Shown here: in pieces, positions 38,498 to 53,277 of the stretch | How the letters are laid out: every line of letters begins with the position of its first letter | Numbering within the stretch: position 1 is the first letter of the stretch | Source of the DNA: Candidatus Methanomethylicia archaeon | GTDB taxonomy: Archaea > Thermoproteota > Methanomethylicia > Culexarchaeales > Culexarchaeaceae | NCBI GenBank assembly: GCA_038727515.1 | Contig: JAVYVS010000003.1 | Span: 32,001 to 96,000, forward strand | Direction: 5' to 3' | Length of the DNA stretch: 64,000 bases | Position numbers and translations under genes: made by a program | Notes under the pieces: generated by a model | Databases searched by the model: none | Told to the model about the DNA's origin: nothing | What the model saw: the letters and a program-made list of their open reading frames with translations, nothing else

Positions 38498-41400
38498 TTG
38501 AATAAATCTATGAATACAAATGGATGGATATTAATAGAATCCTTCTTTAAGGAGAAGGGGCTTGTTAGACAACACTTAGATTCTTTTAATGATTTTATAA
38601 CTAGGGGTTTACAACAAATAGTGGATGAACAAGGTGAAATAGAAACAAGTATACCTGGATTAAAGGTAAGGTTAAGGGAAATTGAAGTAGGTGAACCTAC
38701 AGTTCTTGAAGCTGATGGTTCAGAAGAGAAGATATATCCAATGGATGCTAGACTTAGGAATTTAACGTATGCAGCATCAATACATTTAACAATGATACCA
38801 GTTGAAGATAATATTGAGGGGGAGCGAGTTAAAGTTTTTATAGGTAGACTTCCAATAATGGTTAAATCAGTTAAATGTAGATTGCATGGTTTAAGTACAG
38901 AAGAGCTTATTGCAGCTGGAGAAGACCCTGATGATCCAGGCGGATATTTCATAATCAATGGTTCTGAAAGAGTATTGGTTGCTCAAGAAGATCTTGTGAC
39001 AAATAGGATTCTTGTAGATGTGGGAAGAGCTGGATCTTCAGCTACCCATACTGCAAAAGTTTTCTCAACTGCAGCTGGATATAGAGTTCCAGTAACACTT
39101 ACAAGATCTAAGGATGGCACTCTACACGTATCATTTCCATCAGTCCCTGGTAAAATCCCACTATGTATATTAATGAAGGCACTAGGATTGAAAACGGATA
39201 AGGAAATTGTGGAAACAGTTTCTGAAGATCCTGAAATACAACAATTGATGATGCCATCACTAGATCAAGCTTCAGCTGTAACAACTGTTGAAAATGCATT
39301 GGATTATATTGGGAATAGGGTTGCAATAGGTCAAACTAGAGAATACCGTATACAAAGGGCTCAACAAATACTTGATAAATACTTCCTACCACATCTTGGA
39401 ACAGACTATAGAAGTAGAAAGAAGAAGGCTTTATTCCTCGGTCAAATGGCTGAAAAACTACTAGAATTAGTATTGAATAGACGTAAACCTGATGACAAAG
39501 ATCACTATGCAAATAAACGTTTAAAACTTGCCGGAGACTTATTAATGAGCTTGTTTAGAGTAGCCTTCAAAAACCTATGTAGAGATATAAAATATCAATT
39601 GGAACGCGCGAAGAGTAGAGGTAGAAGGATAAACATAGTAAATCTAGTTAGAGCAGATATAATTACTGAAAGATTAAGACATGCAATAGCTACTGGAAAT
39701 TGGGTTGGAGGAAAAGTTGGTGTAAGTCAACTTTTAGATAGAACAAACTATATGTCAACTCTAAGTCACTTAAGAAGAGTAGTATCACCTTTAAGTAGAA
39801 GTCAACCACATTTTGAAGCTAGAGATTTACATTCTACACAATGGGGAAGATTATGCCCTACAGAAACACCAGAAGGACCAAATTGCGGGCTTGTAAAGAA
39901 CTTAGCATTAATGGCATTAGTATCAGTAGGTACAGATGAAGAAAGTATAGAGAGGAAGTTAATACATCAATTAGAAGTAATACCAATAGAAATTGCTAGA
40001 CGTGAGAAAATTGCGGGAGCAAAAGTATTCTTAAATGGTCGTTTAATAGGGAAACATAATAACCCAGAAGTTTTATGTAATGAATTTAGAAAGCTCCGTA
40101 GATTAGGAAAGATACATCATGAAGCAAGCATTGCACATTATAAAAGTGAGTACATAAATGAAGTATATATAAATTGTGATTCAGGTAGGGTAATGCGACC
40201 ACTAATAGTAGTTGAAGATGGTAAACCAAAACTTACAGATGAAATCATAAACAAGCTAAAGAAGGGTGAATATACCTGGAGCGATCTAGTTAAAAATGGA
40301 ATAATAGAATACTTAGATGCAGAAGAAGAGGAAAACGCGTACATAGCTATAAATCAAGAATCACTTACAAAAGAACATACACATATGGAAATAGCGCCCT
40401 TCATAATTCTTGGAATATGTGCATCAATAATTCCATATGCAGAACACAATCAATCACCAAGAAACTCTTATGAAGCAGCAATGGCAAAACAATCTCTAGG
40501 ATTGTACTCCATAAATGCACAAATAAGAATGGATTCAAGAGCCCATCTACTACATTATATTCAAAAACCAATAGTAACGACAAAAGCTAGTAAAATAGTT
40601 AAATACGAAGACCGCCCAGCGGGACAAAACCTTATAGTTGCAGTATTAACGTACTCTGGCTATAACATTGAAGATGCAATAATAATAAATAAATCGGCTG
40701 TAGAAAGAGGACTTGGACACTCAACCTTCTTTAAATGTTATGAAATAAGTGAGAAAAGATATCCTGGAGGCGAAGTAGATAGGATAGAAGTACCAGATCC
40801 TTCAGTAAGAGGATATAGAGTTGCAGATGCATATAGATTATTGGATGATGATGGAATAATAGAAACAGAAGTGGAGGTTAAAGGAGAAGTAGTATTGGTT
40901 GGTAGAACCAGCCCCCCAAGATTTTTAGAAGAACCTACTGGAATGAGAATAGAAGAAAGAGCTAGAAGAGAAACATCCCTAACATTAGCGCATGGAGAAG
41001 AAGGAGTTGTTGATAAAATACTACTCACAAAAACATCAGAAGGAGATAGACTGGTGAAAGTTAGAATAAGAGAGAATAGAATACCAGAAATAGGAGATAA
41101 ATTTGCATCAAGACATGGTCAAAAGGGAGTTATAGGACTCCTAGTACCACAAGAAGATATGCCATTTACAGAAGATGGAATAGTACCAGACCTAATAATA
41201 AATCCTCATGCATTTCCATCACGAATGACATTAGGACAATTAATTGAAAGTATAGCTGGAAAGGTTGGGGCATTAGAAGGAAGATTTATCGATGGAACAC
41301 CATTTGAAGGTGAAAAAGAAGAAGATTTAAAGGAAGCATTAAAGAAACTTGGATTTAAACCAAATGGCTGCGAAATAATGTATGATGGAAGAACAGGCCA

Positions 41401-41827
41401 AATGCTTCAAGCAGAAGTATTTATCGGTGTAACATACTATCAAAAGCTACATCACATGGTTTCAGATAAGATGCATGCACGTGCAAGAGGACCCGTACAA
41501 ATATTAACTAGACAGCCCACTGAGGGAAGAGCTAGAGAGGGAGGATTAAGATTTGGAGAAATGGAGAGAGACTGTTTAATAAGTCATGGAGCATCAATGT
41601 TATTAAAAGAAAGATTATTAGATGAATCAGATAGAATGGTTGCATACGTATGTGAAAATTGTGGAACAATAGCATATTATGATGTTAATAAAAAGGAATA
41701 TGTTTGTAGAATATGTGAAGGAAAAGCAAAAATATCTCCAGTAGTAATATCATATGCCTTTAAACTTTTATTACAAGAATTAATGAGTTTAACCATTATG
41801 CCAAGAATAATTTTGGAGGAAGTCTAA
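38498..41827 (+). CDS. rpoB: RNA polymerase subunit B (Rpo2, unsplit)
   Basis: [30 protein letters not shown]; start TTG after GGTGGTGG. Confidence 0.98.
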   Translation: MNKSMNTNGWILIESFFKEKGLVRQHLDSFNDFITRGLQQIVDEQGEIETSIPGLKVRLREIEVGEPTVLEADGSEEKIYPMDARLRNLTYAASIHLTMIPVEDNIEGERVKVFIGRLPIMVKSVKCRLHGLSTEELIAAGEDPDDPGGYFIINGSERVLVAQEDLVTNRILVDVGRAGSSATHTAKVFSTAAGYRVPVTLTRSKDGTLHVSFPSVPGKIPLCILMKALGLKTDKEIVETVSEDPEIQQLMMPSLDQASAVTTVENALDYIGNRVAIGQTREYRIQRAQQILDKYFLPHLGTDYRSRKKKALFLGQMAEKLLELVLNRRKPDDKDHYANKRLKLAGDLLMSLFRVAFKNLCRDIKYQLERAKSRGRRINIVNLVRADIITERLRHAIATGNWVGGKVGVSQLLDRTNYMSTLSHLRRVVSPLSRSQPHFEARDLHSTQWGRLCPTETPEGPNCGLVKNLALMALVSVGTDEESIERKLIHQLEVIPIEIARREKIAGAKVFLNGRLIGKHNNPEVLCNEFRKLRRLGKIHHEASIAHYKSEYINEVYINCDSGRVMRPLIVVEDGKPKLTDEIINKLKKGEYTWSDLVKNGIIEYLDAEEEENAYIAINQESLTKEHTHMEIAPFIILGICASIIPYAEHNQSPRNSYEAAMAKQSLGLYSINAQIRMDSRAHLLHYIQKPIVTTKASKIVKYEDRPAGQNLIVAVLTYSGYNIEDAIIINKSAVERGLGHSTFFKCYEISEKRYPGGEVDRIEVPDPSVRGYRVADAYRLLDDDGIIETEVEVKGEVVLVGRTSPPRFLEEPTGMRIEERARRETSLTLAHGEEGVVDKILLTKTSEGDRLVKVRIRENRIPEIGDKFASRHGQKGVIGLLVPQEDMPFTEDGIVPDLIINPHAFPSRMTLGQLIESIAGKVGALEGRFIDGTPFEGEKEEDLKEALKKLGFKPNGCEIMYDGRTGQMLQAEVFIGVTYYQKLHHMVSDKMHARARGPVQILTRQPTEGRAREGGLRFGEMERDCLISHGASMLLKERLLDESDRMVAYVCENCGTIAYYDVNKKEYVCRICEGKAKISPVVISYAFKLLLQELMSLTIMPRIILEEV

Positions 41828-41828
41828 A

Positions 41829-44486
<2,658 letters not shown>

Positions 44487-44487
44487 A

Positions 44488-45666
44488 ATGGAGTTTATGA
44501 CCAAAGAGGAAATAATTGGAGAAATAGATAAATTAAACAATATACTTCCACAATCAATAATTGAAGAATTAAAAAAGAAACTTTCCAACATCAAATTAAC
44601 AAAAGAGAAATTTGAGAAAATCATTGAAAAAGTAGTAGAAGAATATATTAATTCACTAGTTGAACCAGGAGATCCCGTGGGAGCTTTAGCAGCTCAATCA
44701 ATAGGAGAACCAAGCACACAAATGACTTTAAGAACATTTCACTATGCAGGAGTTAGAGAGTTTAACGTGACACTAGGTTTACCTAGATTAATAGAGATTC
44801 TAGATGCAAGAAGAATGCCATCAACACCAATGATGACAATATATCTAGATGAAGAACATAAATATGATGAAGAAAAAGCTAAAGAAATAGCTAGAGCCAT
44901 AGAAACAACATATATAGAAAATGTGATAAAGAATGTTGAAATAGATTTCATATCCGCATCAATAATTTTATTACTGGATCTAGAGGTCCTCAATGATAAA
45001 GGAATAAAAGTAGAAAATATCGTAAATGTTCTTGAAAAATTAAACCTTGGAGAAGTGGAAGTTAGAGATGAAGATAAAATCATAATACACACAAATATTT
45101 ATGAAATAAATAAACTACAGAAAATTAAAAACAGGATAATGAGCACCAAGATAAAGGGTATTAAGGGGATTAATCGTGTGATAATAAGAAGAGAGAAAAA
45201 TGAATACGTACTTTACACGGAGGGATCGAATCTCGCAGCAGTATTAAGGGTAAAGGGGGTTGACCCTACAAAAATATACACTAACAATCCATATGAAATA
45301 GCGGAAGTATTGGGAATAGAAGCTGCAAGAAATGCAATAATAAAAGAAGCGGTAGGGGTACTTGAAGAACAAGGTTTAGACGTAGATATAAGACACGTAA
45401 TGTTAGTTGCAGACATAATGACTGCTGATGGAAAAATAAGACAAATAGGTAGACACGGAGTAAGTGGAGAAAAACCAAGCGTATTAGCAAGAGCAGCCTT
45501 CGAAGTTACAATAAACCACCTATTGGAAGCAAGCATACGTGGTGAAGTAGATAGATTAATGGGAGTAACAGAAAACGTAATTGTAGGTCAAATAGTTCCA
45601 GTAGGTACAGGAATCGTACAAATGCTAATCACAATGAAAGATACAAAAAATGAAGAGAAAAGTTAA
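44488..45666 (+). CDS. rpoA2: RNA polymerase subunit A'' (Rpo1C)
   Basis: [32 protein letters not shown]. Confidence 0.98.
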   Translation: MEFMTKEEIIGEIDKLNNILPQSIIEELKKKLSNIKLTKEKFEKIIEKVVEEYINSLVEPGDPVGALAAQSIGEPSTQMTLRTFHYAGVREFNVTLGLPRLIEILDARRMPSTPMMTIYLDEEHKYDEEKAKEIARAIETTYIENVIKNVEIDFISASIILLLDLEVLNDKGIKVENIVNVLEKLNLGEVEVRDEDKIIIHTNIYEINKLQKIKNRIMSTKIKGIKGINRVIIRREKNEYVLYTEGSNLAAVLRVKGVDPTKIYTNNPYEIAEVLGIEAARNAIIKEAVGVLEEQGLDVDIRHVMLVADIMTADGKIRQIGRHGVSGEKPSVLARAAFEVTINHLLEASIRGEVDRLMGVTENVIVGQIVPVGTGIVQMLITMKDTKNEEKS

Positions 45667-45730
45667 AATTAGCCATTTGTTATATCATAAATAACATGTA
45701 ATATGCATGCAAAAGAGGGATGCTATGTAA

Positions 45731-46054
45731 ATGTCGCTTAAAATTGATCGAGAGTTACAAGTTGCAGCAAAAACGGGTAAAATTGTAATTGGTTCTAAAA
45801 GCGCAATTAAAAGAGCAAAAATTGGAGGAGCAAAAATGATAATAATTTCATCTACAATACCAGAGGATATAAAGGAAGATATAATTTACTATGCAAAACT
45901 CTCCAATATACCAGTAATAGAATTTCATGGATCAAGTTGGGATCTTGGAGCAATACTTGGAAAACCATTTATGGTATCAGCCGTATCAATAATTGATGAA
46001 GGAGAATCAGAATTACTAAAATTTGCGGAGAGTGATGTGAAATCCCGAGCATAA
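45731..46054 (+). CDS. rpl30e: 50S ribosomal protein L30e
   Basis: KTGKIVIG, LGAILGKPF, DEGES. Confidence 0.96.
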   Translation: MSLKIDRELQVAAKTGKIVIGSKSAIKRAKIGGAKMIIISSTIPEDIKEDIIYYAKLSNIPVIEFHGSSWDLGAILGKPFMVSAVSIIDEGESELLKFAESDVKSRA

Positions 46055-46476
46055 AATTAACTATAGATGAAATGCATTATATATCATTGTTTGAGAGTTT
46101 AACTGGAGCTGTAACTAAAGATTGCATTTTAGATGATAAAAATGATAGAGTAATATTCATAGTTAGACAAGGAGATATGGGTTTAGCCATAGGGAAGGGA
46201 GGCGTAAACATAAAGAGGATAAAAGACATAATAAACAAGAATATTGAAGTTGTAGAATACGCAGAAGATCCAGAAACCCTAATAAAACATGCATTTCTAC
46301 CTGCAAGAGTAAAAGCAGTAAAGATAACAAAGACACCAGATAATGAAAAGATAGCATACGTAACTGTAGATCCACAAGATAAAGGTATAGCAATTGGCAA
46401 AAATGGGAAAAATATTTTAAAGGTAAAATTAATTGCTAAAAGATACTTCGACATAGAGAAAATTGTAATGGTATAA
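46042..46476 (+). CDS. nusA: archaeal NusA (two KH domains), probable ATC start; first ATG at 46072
   Basis: AIGKGG and AIGKNG KH loops; in-frame upstream ATC-PSIKLTIDE. Confidence 0.92.
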   Translation: MPSIKLTIDEMHYISLFESLTGAVTKDCILDDKNDRVIFIVRQGDMGLAIGKGGVNIKRIKDIINKNIEVVEYAEDPETLIKHAFLPARVKAVKITKTPDNEKIAYVTVDPQDKGIAIGKNGKNILKVKLIAKRYFDIEKIVMV

Positions 46477-46509
46477 AATTTATTTACTTTAAGAATATAA
46501 TTGTAGTAC

Positions 46510-47232
46510 ATGATTGAAGGAGATAAATATATATCCAAAAAAGCTTTAGTAAGCAACGTTACTTTTGAAGGCTCATGTGTAATACTCGGTCAAACAAGAA
46601 TAGGTTCTAACACATTCATTGGATGTAGAAGTATAATTGGATATCCAAAGAGAACTTCCATTAAAAAACTAATTTCAGAAAAGAATGTTAATTGGTCATC
46701 CTATGATGAAGTAAGTATAGGTGCAACAATAGGAGAAAATAGTATACTGCGTTCTGAAACCATAATATATGAGGATGTGGATATTGGAAGAGAATTCGAG
46801 GGGGGACATAGGATATTAATAAGGGAGGGAACAAGAATCGGTATAAATGTAAAAGTGGGAACAAACACTGTTATTGATGGAAATGTAATTATTGGTGACC
46901 ATGTAAACATTCAAACTGCAGTGTATATACCCCCGAAATGTATAATAGAGGATCACGTATTTATAGCCCCAAGAGTTTGTTTTACAAATGATAAATACCC
47001 TCCAAGTAAAAGATTGGAGGGGGTTATAGTTAAGAAGGGGGCTATTTTAGGTGCTAATTGTACATTAATCTCTGGAGTAACTATAGGTGAGGGAGCTGTT
47101 GTTGCTGCTGGAGCTGTTGTTACAAGAAATGTTCCAGACTATTCTGTAGTAGCTGGAGTTCCTGCAAAAGTAATTTCAAGTAGAGAAGATTTTGAGAATA
47201 AGAAATCAGTTTGGGAAAAGTTATTTATCTAA
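46510..47232 (+). CDS. hexapeptide-repeat (left-handed beta-helix) acyltransferase, WbpD/WxcM-like
   Basis: Hexapeptide repeats, [22 protein letters not shown]. Confidence 0.88.
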   Translation: MIEGDKYISKKALVSNVTFEGSCVILGQTRIGSNTFIGCRSIIGYPKRTSIKKLISEKNVNWSSYDEVSIGATIGENSILRSETIIYEDVDIGREFEGGHRILIREGTRIGINVKVGTNTVIDGNVIIGDHVNIQTAVYIPPKCIIEDHVFIAPRVCFTNDKYPPSKRLEGVIVKKGAILGANCTLISGVTIGEGAVVAAGAVVTRNVPDYSVVAGVPAKVISSREDFENKKSVWEKLFI

Positions 47233-47665
47233 GTGGCTTTTGCTTTTTACCCTTCAATAAAGCATCTAATGATACACCATTAACTTTAATAACTTTGTAT
47301 CTAACTCCCGGCAAATCTCCATAAGCTTTACCCATGGGTCCACCTATTCCTTCTATCACCACTTCATCATGTTCTTCAATAAAGTTTAATGAACCATCCT
47401 TAGGTAAGAAAGCGGTAACCTGCTTACCATTTTTTATTAATTGCACCCTTACACATTTCCTAACAGCAGAGTTAGGCTGTCTACTCTCAATTCCAACTTT
47501 TTCAATAACAATTCCTCTCGCTTGCGGCGCCCCTTCTAAGGGATCTGCTTTTACATCCAACATAAGCATTCTTCTCTTATAATCCCTCTGCTTCCATCTA
47601 AACTTCTTCCTTTTTTCACGAAGCTTTCTAGCAGCATAAAGACCTTTAGGAGACTTAGAACCCAA
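47225..47665 (-). CDS. rps12: 30S ribosomal protein S12
   Basis: [34 protein letters not shown]; TTG start after AGGTGA. Confidence 0.97.
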   Translation of the reverse strand: MGSKSPKGLYAARKLREKRKKFRWKQRDYKRRMLMLDVKADPLEGAPQARGIVIEKVGIESRQPNSAVRKCVRVQLIKNGKQVTAFLPKDGSLNFIEEHDEVVIEGIGGPMGKAYGDLPGVRYKVIKVNGVSLDALLKGKKQKPLR

Positions 47666-47724
47666 ATTCTCACCTATAATGCTATTATTCTCCAAAATAT
47701 GCACACTTAAATATTTTTCTCTAG

Positions 47725-47748
47725 AAATAAAAGGAAGAAAAAAGGGGG
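47725..47748 (-). terminator. oligo-pyrimidine/poly-T terminator after porB
   Basis: Minus strand CCCCTTTTTTCTTCCTTTTATTT right after the porB stop. Confidence 0.5.
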
Positions 47749-47749
47749 A

Positions 47750-48709
47750 TTATATGTTTTCACATCTACTCTTTAGATCTTCCCACACAGCATCAACGTA
47801 CTCTTGTAATCTCTTTATTAATGGTTGATTTTGTGGTGTAAATAAATGACTAAATCTACCTTGAACTTTTAAGAACTCTTCAATAGGTTTCTTTAAACTT
47901 GGATTCTTTGCTATCATTAAACTTCTATCAGTTAATCTATAAACACCATTATCATATTCCCAGAGTGGGAAGTAACATGTGTCAACAGCTTTCTTACATA
48001 TCTCAATAGTTATAGATTCACTATGTCTCCAACCTCTTGGACATGGAGATAATGCATGAATAAATGTTGGACCATTAACTTCAATAGCTTTTCTAGCTTT
48101 TCTAATTAGATCGAGGTAATGTGCTGGTGTTGCTGTAGCAACATATGGAATTTTGTGAGCAACAACTATATCAGCTATTGGCTTTTTATTTTCGCTTTTA
48201 CCAGGAATAACTTTTCCAGCAGGTGTGGTGGTTGTTGAAGCACCTAAAGGTGTACCACCACTCCTCTGAATACCTGTATTCATATAAGCTTCATTATCAA
48301 GCAATACATATAGGAAATCATGCCCTCTCTCTAATGCACCACTTAAAGCTTGTATACCTATATCATATGTTCCACCATCACCAGCAAATGCTATAACATC
48401 TATATTCTCATATTTTGATATCCCCTTCTTATGCAATATCTTTGATGCAGCTTCTATTCCTGAAGCTACAGCTGCAACATTTTCAAATGCCACATGAATC
48501 CATGGAATATTCCAAGAGGTATATGGATAGATCGTAGTGGAAACTTCAAGGCAACCAGTAGCTGTAGCGACGATCGTTGGACCTCTAATGGCAAGAAGCA
48601 CTTGTTTCACTATTATTGGTTCAGCACAACCAGCACATAATCTATGCCCAGATAAAATACCTAAAGGACTCTTAGCAGCTTCTCTAATATTAAATCTAAA
48701 CATACTCAT
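47750..48709 (-). CDS. porB: pyruvate/2-oxoacid:ferredoxin oxidoreductase beta
   Basis: GHRLCAGC, ATGCLEV, GDGGTYDIG...DNEAYMNTG TPP motif. Confidence 0.93.
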   Translation of the reverse strand: MSMFRFNIREAAKSPLGILSGHRLCAGCAEPIIVKQVLLAIRGPTIVATATGCLEVSTTIYPYTSWNIPWIHVAFENVAAVASGIEAASKILHKKGISKYENIDVIAFAGDGGTYDIGIQALSGALERGHDFLYVLLDNEAYMNTGIQRSGGTPLGASTTTTPAGKVIPGKSENKKPIADIVVAHKIPYVATATPAHYLDLIRKARKAIEVNGPTFIHALSPCPRGWRHSESITIEICKKAVDTCYFPLWEYDNGVYRLTDRSLMIAKNPSLKKPIEEFLKVQGRFSHLFTPQNQPLIKRLQEYVDAVWEDLKSRCENI

Positions 48710-48710
48710 G

Positions 48711-49919
48711 TCATCTCACCCCAAGGAATTTTACTTCTCCACATTCTAGATTTGGTAATTCTTCAAACATTTTTTCAATCAACTTCGGAGGAGTATCTCT
48801 CCCTCCAAGACCATAAATGTAATTAACAATCTTCGGTCTCTTTTTCTCATTATAAAAGGCTGCTTGAGTTTCTACAAAAACTGGACCGCCAATACTTCCA
48901 TAAGCTCCACTCCTATCCATGACACAAACAATTTCAACATTTCTCAAAGCTTTCACAATTTCTTTAGAGGGAAAAGGTCTAAATGTTCTAAGCCTCAATA
49001 AACCCACCCTTTTACCTTCCCTTCTAAGCTTTTTAACAACATATCTAACAGTTCCAGCAGTTGAACCAAGAACTATAACGGCTATTTCAGAATCTTCTAA
49101 TCCATAGCAATCAATAAGTCCATCACCATATCTCCTACCACTTATCTCAGCATATTCGTCATGTACTTTCCTTATCACATTCCTTGAGTTTTCTATTGCA
49201 TCATGTTGCTGAACTTTATGCTCAAAATAATAATCATATAAGTCAAGTGCACCAAAAGTTAATGGTATTTCTGGATTAAGAATCATTGGAACTTTACCCA
49301 AATTTGGAATTTCTATTTCTTTAGCCTTTCTAATCCCAACAAATTTTTTAACAACATCATCTGAAAGCAATTCAACATTCTGTAAAGTGTGACTTATTTG
49401 AAAACCATCTATTGTAACCATTACTGGTAATTGAACATCTTCATGTTCAGCTATTCTAAAAGCTTGAATTGTAGTATCATAAGCTTCTTGAGCATCTTCA
49501 CAATATATTTGAATCCAACAGGAATCTCTACAACCCATACTATCACTATGATCACAATGTATATTTATAGGTGCAGATAAAGCTCTATTTACAACAGCCA
49601 TAACTATTGGAAGTCTAAGCCCAGAAGCTATGTATAAAAGTTCCCACATAAGTGCTAATCCTTGCGAAGATGTAGCTGTGAATGTTCTTGCACCTAAAGC
49701 TGAAGCTCCTATGCAAACACTTAATGCTGAATGTTCAGATTCCACTGGAACAAATGCACAATTAACTTCACCATCAGCAACAAACTCTGAAAACTTTTCC
49801 ACAATAATAGTCTGTGGGGTTATCGGATATGCGGATACCACATCTACATCACATTGTTTCACAGCATATGCAATAGCTTCATTACCATTAAGTCCCATTA
49901 AAACCTTGTTTTCATACAT
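48711..49919 (-). CDS. porA: pyruvate/2-oxoacid:ferredoxin oxidoreductase alpha
   Basis: AYPITPQT, ESEHSA, TSSQGL, GLGGRD. Confidence 0.93.
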   Translation of the reverse strand: MYENKVLMGLNGNEAIAYAVKQCDVDVVSAYPITPQTIIVEKFSEFVADGEVNCAFVPVESEHSALSVCIGASALGARTFTATSSQGLALMWELLYIASGLRLPIVMAVVNRALSAPINIHCDHSDSMGCRDSCWIQIYCEDAQEAYDTTIQAFRIAEHEDVQLPVMVTIDGFQISHTLQNVELLSDDVVKKFVGIRKAKEIEIPNLGKVPMILNPEIPLTFGALDLYDYYFEHKVQQHDAIENSRNVIRKVHDEYAEISGRRYGDGLIDCYGLEDSEIAVIVLGSTAGTVRYVVKKLRREGKRVGLLRLRTFRPFPSKEIVKALRNVEIVCVMDRSGAYGSIGGPVFVETQAAFYNEKKRPKIVNYIYGLGGRDTPPKLIEKMFEELPNLECGEVKFLGVR

Positions 49920-49922
49920 TTT

Positions 49923-50192
49923 TCACACCCTCACCATACTTATACATTTAACGGGACACTCATTAGCACAAATACCACATCCTTTACAATAATCATATTT
50001 TTCATAAACCTTTTCACCATCCCATCCTATAGCCATATCTGGACATAAAATCCAACACATTAAACACTTTGTACATTTACTTTGATCGATTTTAGGTTTA
50101 AATGGAGACCAATCACCAGTTTTATTTTCCAATGAAGACTTCCAGGCAACACCGCCTATTGGTATCTCCCTCCAACTTCTAAGTTCACTCAA
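49923..50192 (-). CDS. porD: 2-oxoacid:ferredoxin oxidoreductase delta (2x[4Fe-4S])
   Basis: KTGDW, CTKCLMCWILCP, CKGCGICANECP. Confidence 0.93.
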   Translation of the reverse strand: MSELRSWREIPIGGVAWKSSLENKTGDWSPFKPKIDQSKCTKCLMCWILCPDMAIGWDGEKVYEKYDYCKGCGICANECPVKCISMVRV

Positions 50193-50760
50193 TTTTCCCA
50201 CCTCTCGTCTCATTATATGCTTTCTCCACAACTTTAATGTTAAGTTCAGCTATTTTAGGTGGAAATCTCTCCCTTAAAACTTGATAAATACTATTTAAAC
50301 TCACAATCCCACTAACTCTTATTAATGCACCTATCATAGCGGTATTTGTTACTGGTCTACCAATAATTTCTATTGCTATTTCAGTTGCAGGAGTTGTATA
50401 TACATGAAAACTACGAGAAACCTTCAAAACTTCAGCCATTTTTAATGGGGATTCACTTGAGTTTATCAGTATCTTACCATTTTCCTTTAAACCTTGAGTT
50501 ACAGAAATTGATTGTAATAATGAGCTATCCAATACAATCACTATGTCAGGTTCATAGATGTTACAATGCACTTCAATAGGTTCTTCACTTATCCTTGTAA
50601 ACGCCATTACTGGTGCACCCATTCTTTCAGGACCAAATGTAGGGAATGACTGAACATATTTCCCTTCTTTCAATGCCGCTTGAGCAAGTATATTACTGGC
50701 AGTCCAAGCACCTTGTCCACCTCTACCATGCCACACTATCTCCAACAAACCATATAACAC
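50185..50760 (-). CDS. porG: 2-oxoacid:ferredoxin oxidoreductase gamma
   Basis: HGRGGQG, FGPERMGAP, NTAMIGA. Confidence 0.93.
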   Translation of the reverse strand: MLYGLLEIVWHGRGGQGAWTASNILAQAALKEGKYVQSFPTFGPERMGAPVMAFTRISEEPIEVHCNIYEPDIVIVLDSSLLQSISVTQGLKENGKILINSSESPLKMAEVLKVSRSFHVYTTPATEIAIEIIGRPVTNTAMIGALIRVSGIVSLNSIYQVLRERFPPKIAELNIKVVEKAYNETRGGKIE

Positions 50761-50892
50761 CTCACAATTTTCTACACTTCACCATATAGTTAGATGGCTT
50801 TAAATCTTTCTAAATAAACATTAATAACATGAAATCAACAAAATTTAAATTTATAATTTAGTATTTTGAATGAATGTTGAGTGATGTGAAAT

Positions 50893-51471
50893 ATGTGTGC
50901 ACTTGAAACAGAAATAAAACTCTTTGATAAATGGAGTTTTAATGGAGTTGAAGTTAGAGATCCAGGATTAAAAAGGTACATATCTCTAAAACCAGTTTAT
51001 ATACCACACACTGGAGGTAGACATGAACATAAAAGATTTGGAAAAGCAGAAGTACCCATAGTAGAGAGATTAATAAATAAATTAATGAGACCTGGGAAAA
51101 ATATGGGGAAAAAACACTTAGCAACAAACATAGTTAAACAAGCATTTGAAATAATACATTTAAGAACTGGAGAAAACCCTATACAAGTTCTTATAAGAGC
51201 TATAGAAAACTCAGCACCAAGAGAAGAAACTACGAGGATAATGTATGGTGGAATTGTTTATCATCAATCAGTAGATGTATCACCACTTAGAAGACTAAAT
51301 CTATCATTAAAATTCATAACCGAAGGGGCAAGGGCAGCATCCTTTGGAAACCCAAAGAGTATAGAAGAAGCTTTAGCCGATGAAATAATTAAAGCGGCAA
51401 ATGCAGATTCATCTTCATATGCGATACAGAAGAAGGAGGAAATAGAACGTATAGCTTTAGCCTCTAGATAA
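50893..51471 (+). CDS. rps7: 30S ribosomal protein S7
   Basis: [29 protein letters not shown]. Confidence 0.97.
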   Translation: MCALETEIKLFDKWSFNGVEVRDPGLKRYISLKPVYIPHTGGRHEHKRFGKAEVPIVERLINKLMRPGKNMGKKHLATNIVKQAFEIIHLRTGENPIQVLIRAIENSAPREETTRIMYGGIVYHQSVDVSPLRRLNLSLKFITEGARAASFGNPKSIEEALADEIIKAANADSSSYAIQKKEEIERIALASR

Positions 51472-51545
51472 AAATCAATATTATAGACCGCAAAAAACTT
51501 AAATATGGAAATAATTCACTAATTTGCAAGGAGGAAGGTAAAAAT

Positions 51546-52835
51546 ATGTCCGAAAAACCGCACTTAAACCTCATAATCATAGGACACGTAGACCATGGAA
51601 AAAGTACAACAATGGGTCACCTACTATATATAACTGGAAATGTAGATGAGCGAACCATGAAGACATTGGAAGAGGAATCTACAAAGATTGGAAAAGGATC
51701 ATTCAAATTTGCATGGGTTATGGATAAATTAAAGGAAGAAAGAGAAAGGGGATTGACGATAGATTTATCATTCTGGAGATTTGAGACCCCAAAATACTAC
51801 TTCACTATAATTGATGCACCAGGACATAGAGACTTCGTTAAAAACATGATTACAGGAGCTTCACAAGCAGATGCAGCTATACTAGTGGTATCTGCAAAGA
51901 AAGGTGAATATGAAGCAGGAATGGGTGCTGCAGGACAAACGAGAGAGCATGCATTCCTAGCTAAAACGTTAGGTATAGATCAAATAGTTGTTGCAATAAA
52001 CAAAATGGATGATCCAACAGTAAATTACAGCAAGGAGAGATATGAAGAAGTTAAAGGGGGGGTAGGAAAGTTCCTTAGAATGATAGGATACGATATAAAT
52101 AAGGTGGATTTCGTACCAATTTCAGGATGGTATGGAGATAACTTAGTAGTTAGAAGTGATAAAATGCCATGGTATAATGGACCTACATTAGTTGAAGCAT
52201 TAGATAAATTCACAGAACCACCAAGACCAATAGATAAACCACTTAGAATACCAATACAAGACGTTTATACAATTTCTGGAGTAGGGACTGTGCCAGTTGG
52301 CCGTGTGGAAACAGGAGTATTAAAAGTTGGCGATGTAGTACTATTTTTACCAGAAAAGAAGACGGGTGAAGTGAGAAGTATAGAGATGCATCATCAACCA
52401 CTCCAGAAAGCTATACCTGGAGACAATATAGGATTCAATGTAAGAGGAGTTTCAAGAGAAGATATAAGAAGAGGACATGTATGCTGCCATCCAACAAACC
52501 CAGTTAAAGTAGCTAAATCATTTATTGGAAGAATATTCGTATTATATCATCCAACAGCAATAGCAGCAGGATATACTCCAGTTCTACACATACACACAGC
52601 TACAGTAGCTGTTAGATTTGATCAAATACTAAAGAAGATAGATCCAAGATCTGGAGCTACAATAGAAGAAAATCCAGCATTCATAAAGCAAGGAGATGCA
52701 GCAATAGTTAAATTTGTACCATTAAAACCAGTTTGTCTAGAGAAATATTCAGATATACCACAACTTGGTAGATTTGCGATAAGAGATATGGGAAGAACAA
52801 TAGCTGCTGGAATAGTTATGGAAATTGAAGAATAA
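51546..52835 (+). CDS. tuf: elongation factor EF-1 alpha
   Basis: GHVDHGKST, DAPGHRDFVKNMITG, NKMD, GRFAIRDMG. Confidence 0.98.
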   Translation: MSEKPHLNLIIIGHVDHGKSTTMGHLLYITGNVDERTMKTLEEESTKIGKGSFKFAWVMDKLKEERERGLTIDLSFWRFETPKYYFTIIDAPGHRDFVKNMITGASQADAAILVVSAKKGEYEAGMGAAGQTREHAFLAKTLGIDQIVVAINKMDDPTVNYSKERYEEVKGGVGKFLRMIGYDINKVDFVPISGWYGDNLVVRSDKMPWYNGPTLVEALDKFTEPPRPIDKPLRIPIQDVYTISGVGTVPVGRVETGVLKVGDVVLFLPEKKTGEVRSIEMHHQPLQKAIPGDNIGFNVRGVSREDIRRGHVCCHPTNPVKVAKSFIGRIFVLYHPTAIAAGYTPVLHIHTATVAVRFDQILKKIDPRSGATIEENPAFIKQGDAAIVKFVPLKPVCLEKYSDIPQLGRFAIRDMGRTIAAGIVMEIEE

Positions 52836-52869
52836 GAGATTTATAGACTACTGACGCTAGGTGACTTCA

Positions 52870-53178
52870 ATGGTTAGAAGAGCTAGAATAAGGCTTTCAA
52901 GTAACGACTATAAGAAATTAATGGAAGTATGTGAAGAAATAAAAAGAATAGCTACCACCACTGGTGTTCGAATGTCAGGTCCTATACCACTTCCAACAAA
53001 AAGACTTTTAATACCAGTCATGAGAACACCATGTGGAGATGGTACAAAGACTTGGGATAAGTATGAAATGAGGATACATAAGAGGATAATAGATTTAGAT
53101 GCAGATGAAAGAACAATGCGACAAATTATGAGGATAAGAGTTCCACAAGAAGTAAAGATAGAAATAGAATTAACTTAA
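52870..53178 (+). CDS. rps10: 30S ribosomal protein S10
   Basis: GPIPLPT, RTPCGDG, MRIHKR. Confidence 0.97.
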   Translation: MVRRARIRLSSNDYKKLMEVCEEIKRIATTTGVRMSGPIPLPTKRLLIPVMRTPCGDGTKTWDKYEMRIHKRIIDLDADERTMRQIMRIRVPQEVKIEIELT

Positions 53179-53277
53179 ATTTTTAAATAATACTTAATAA
53201 CCTTTATTTTAAGTATTATATTATTATTTTTCTAAACTTTTTATCGAGTATAGTAAAAGATTCTAGAATTATTATAG

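Noticed and set aside
51471-51546. EF-2 missing between rps7 and tuf
   Set aside because: Normal for crenarchaeal-type gene order
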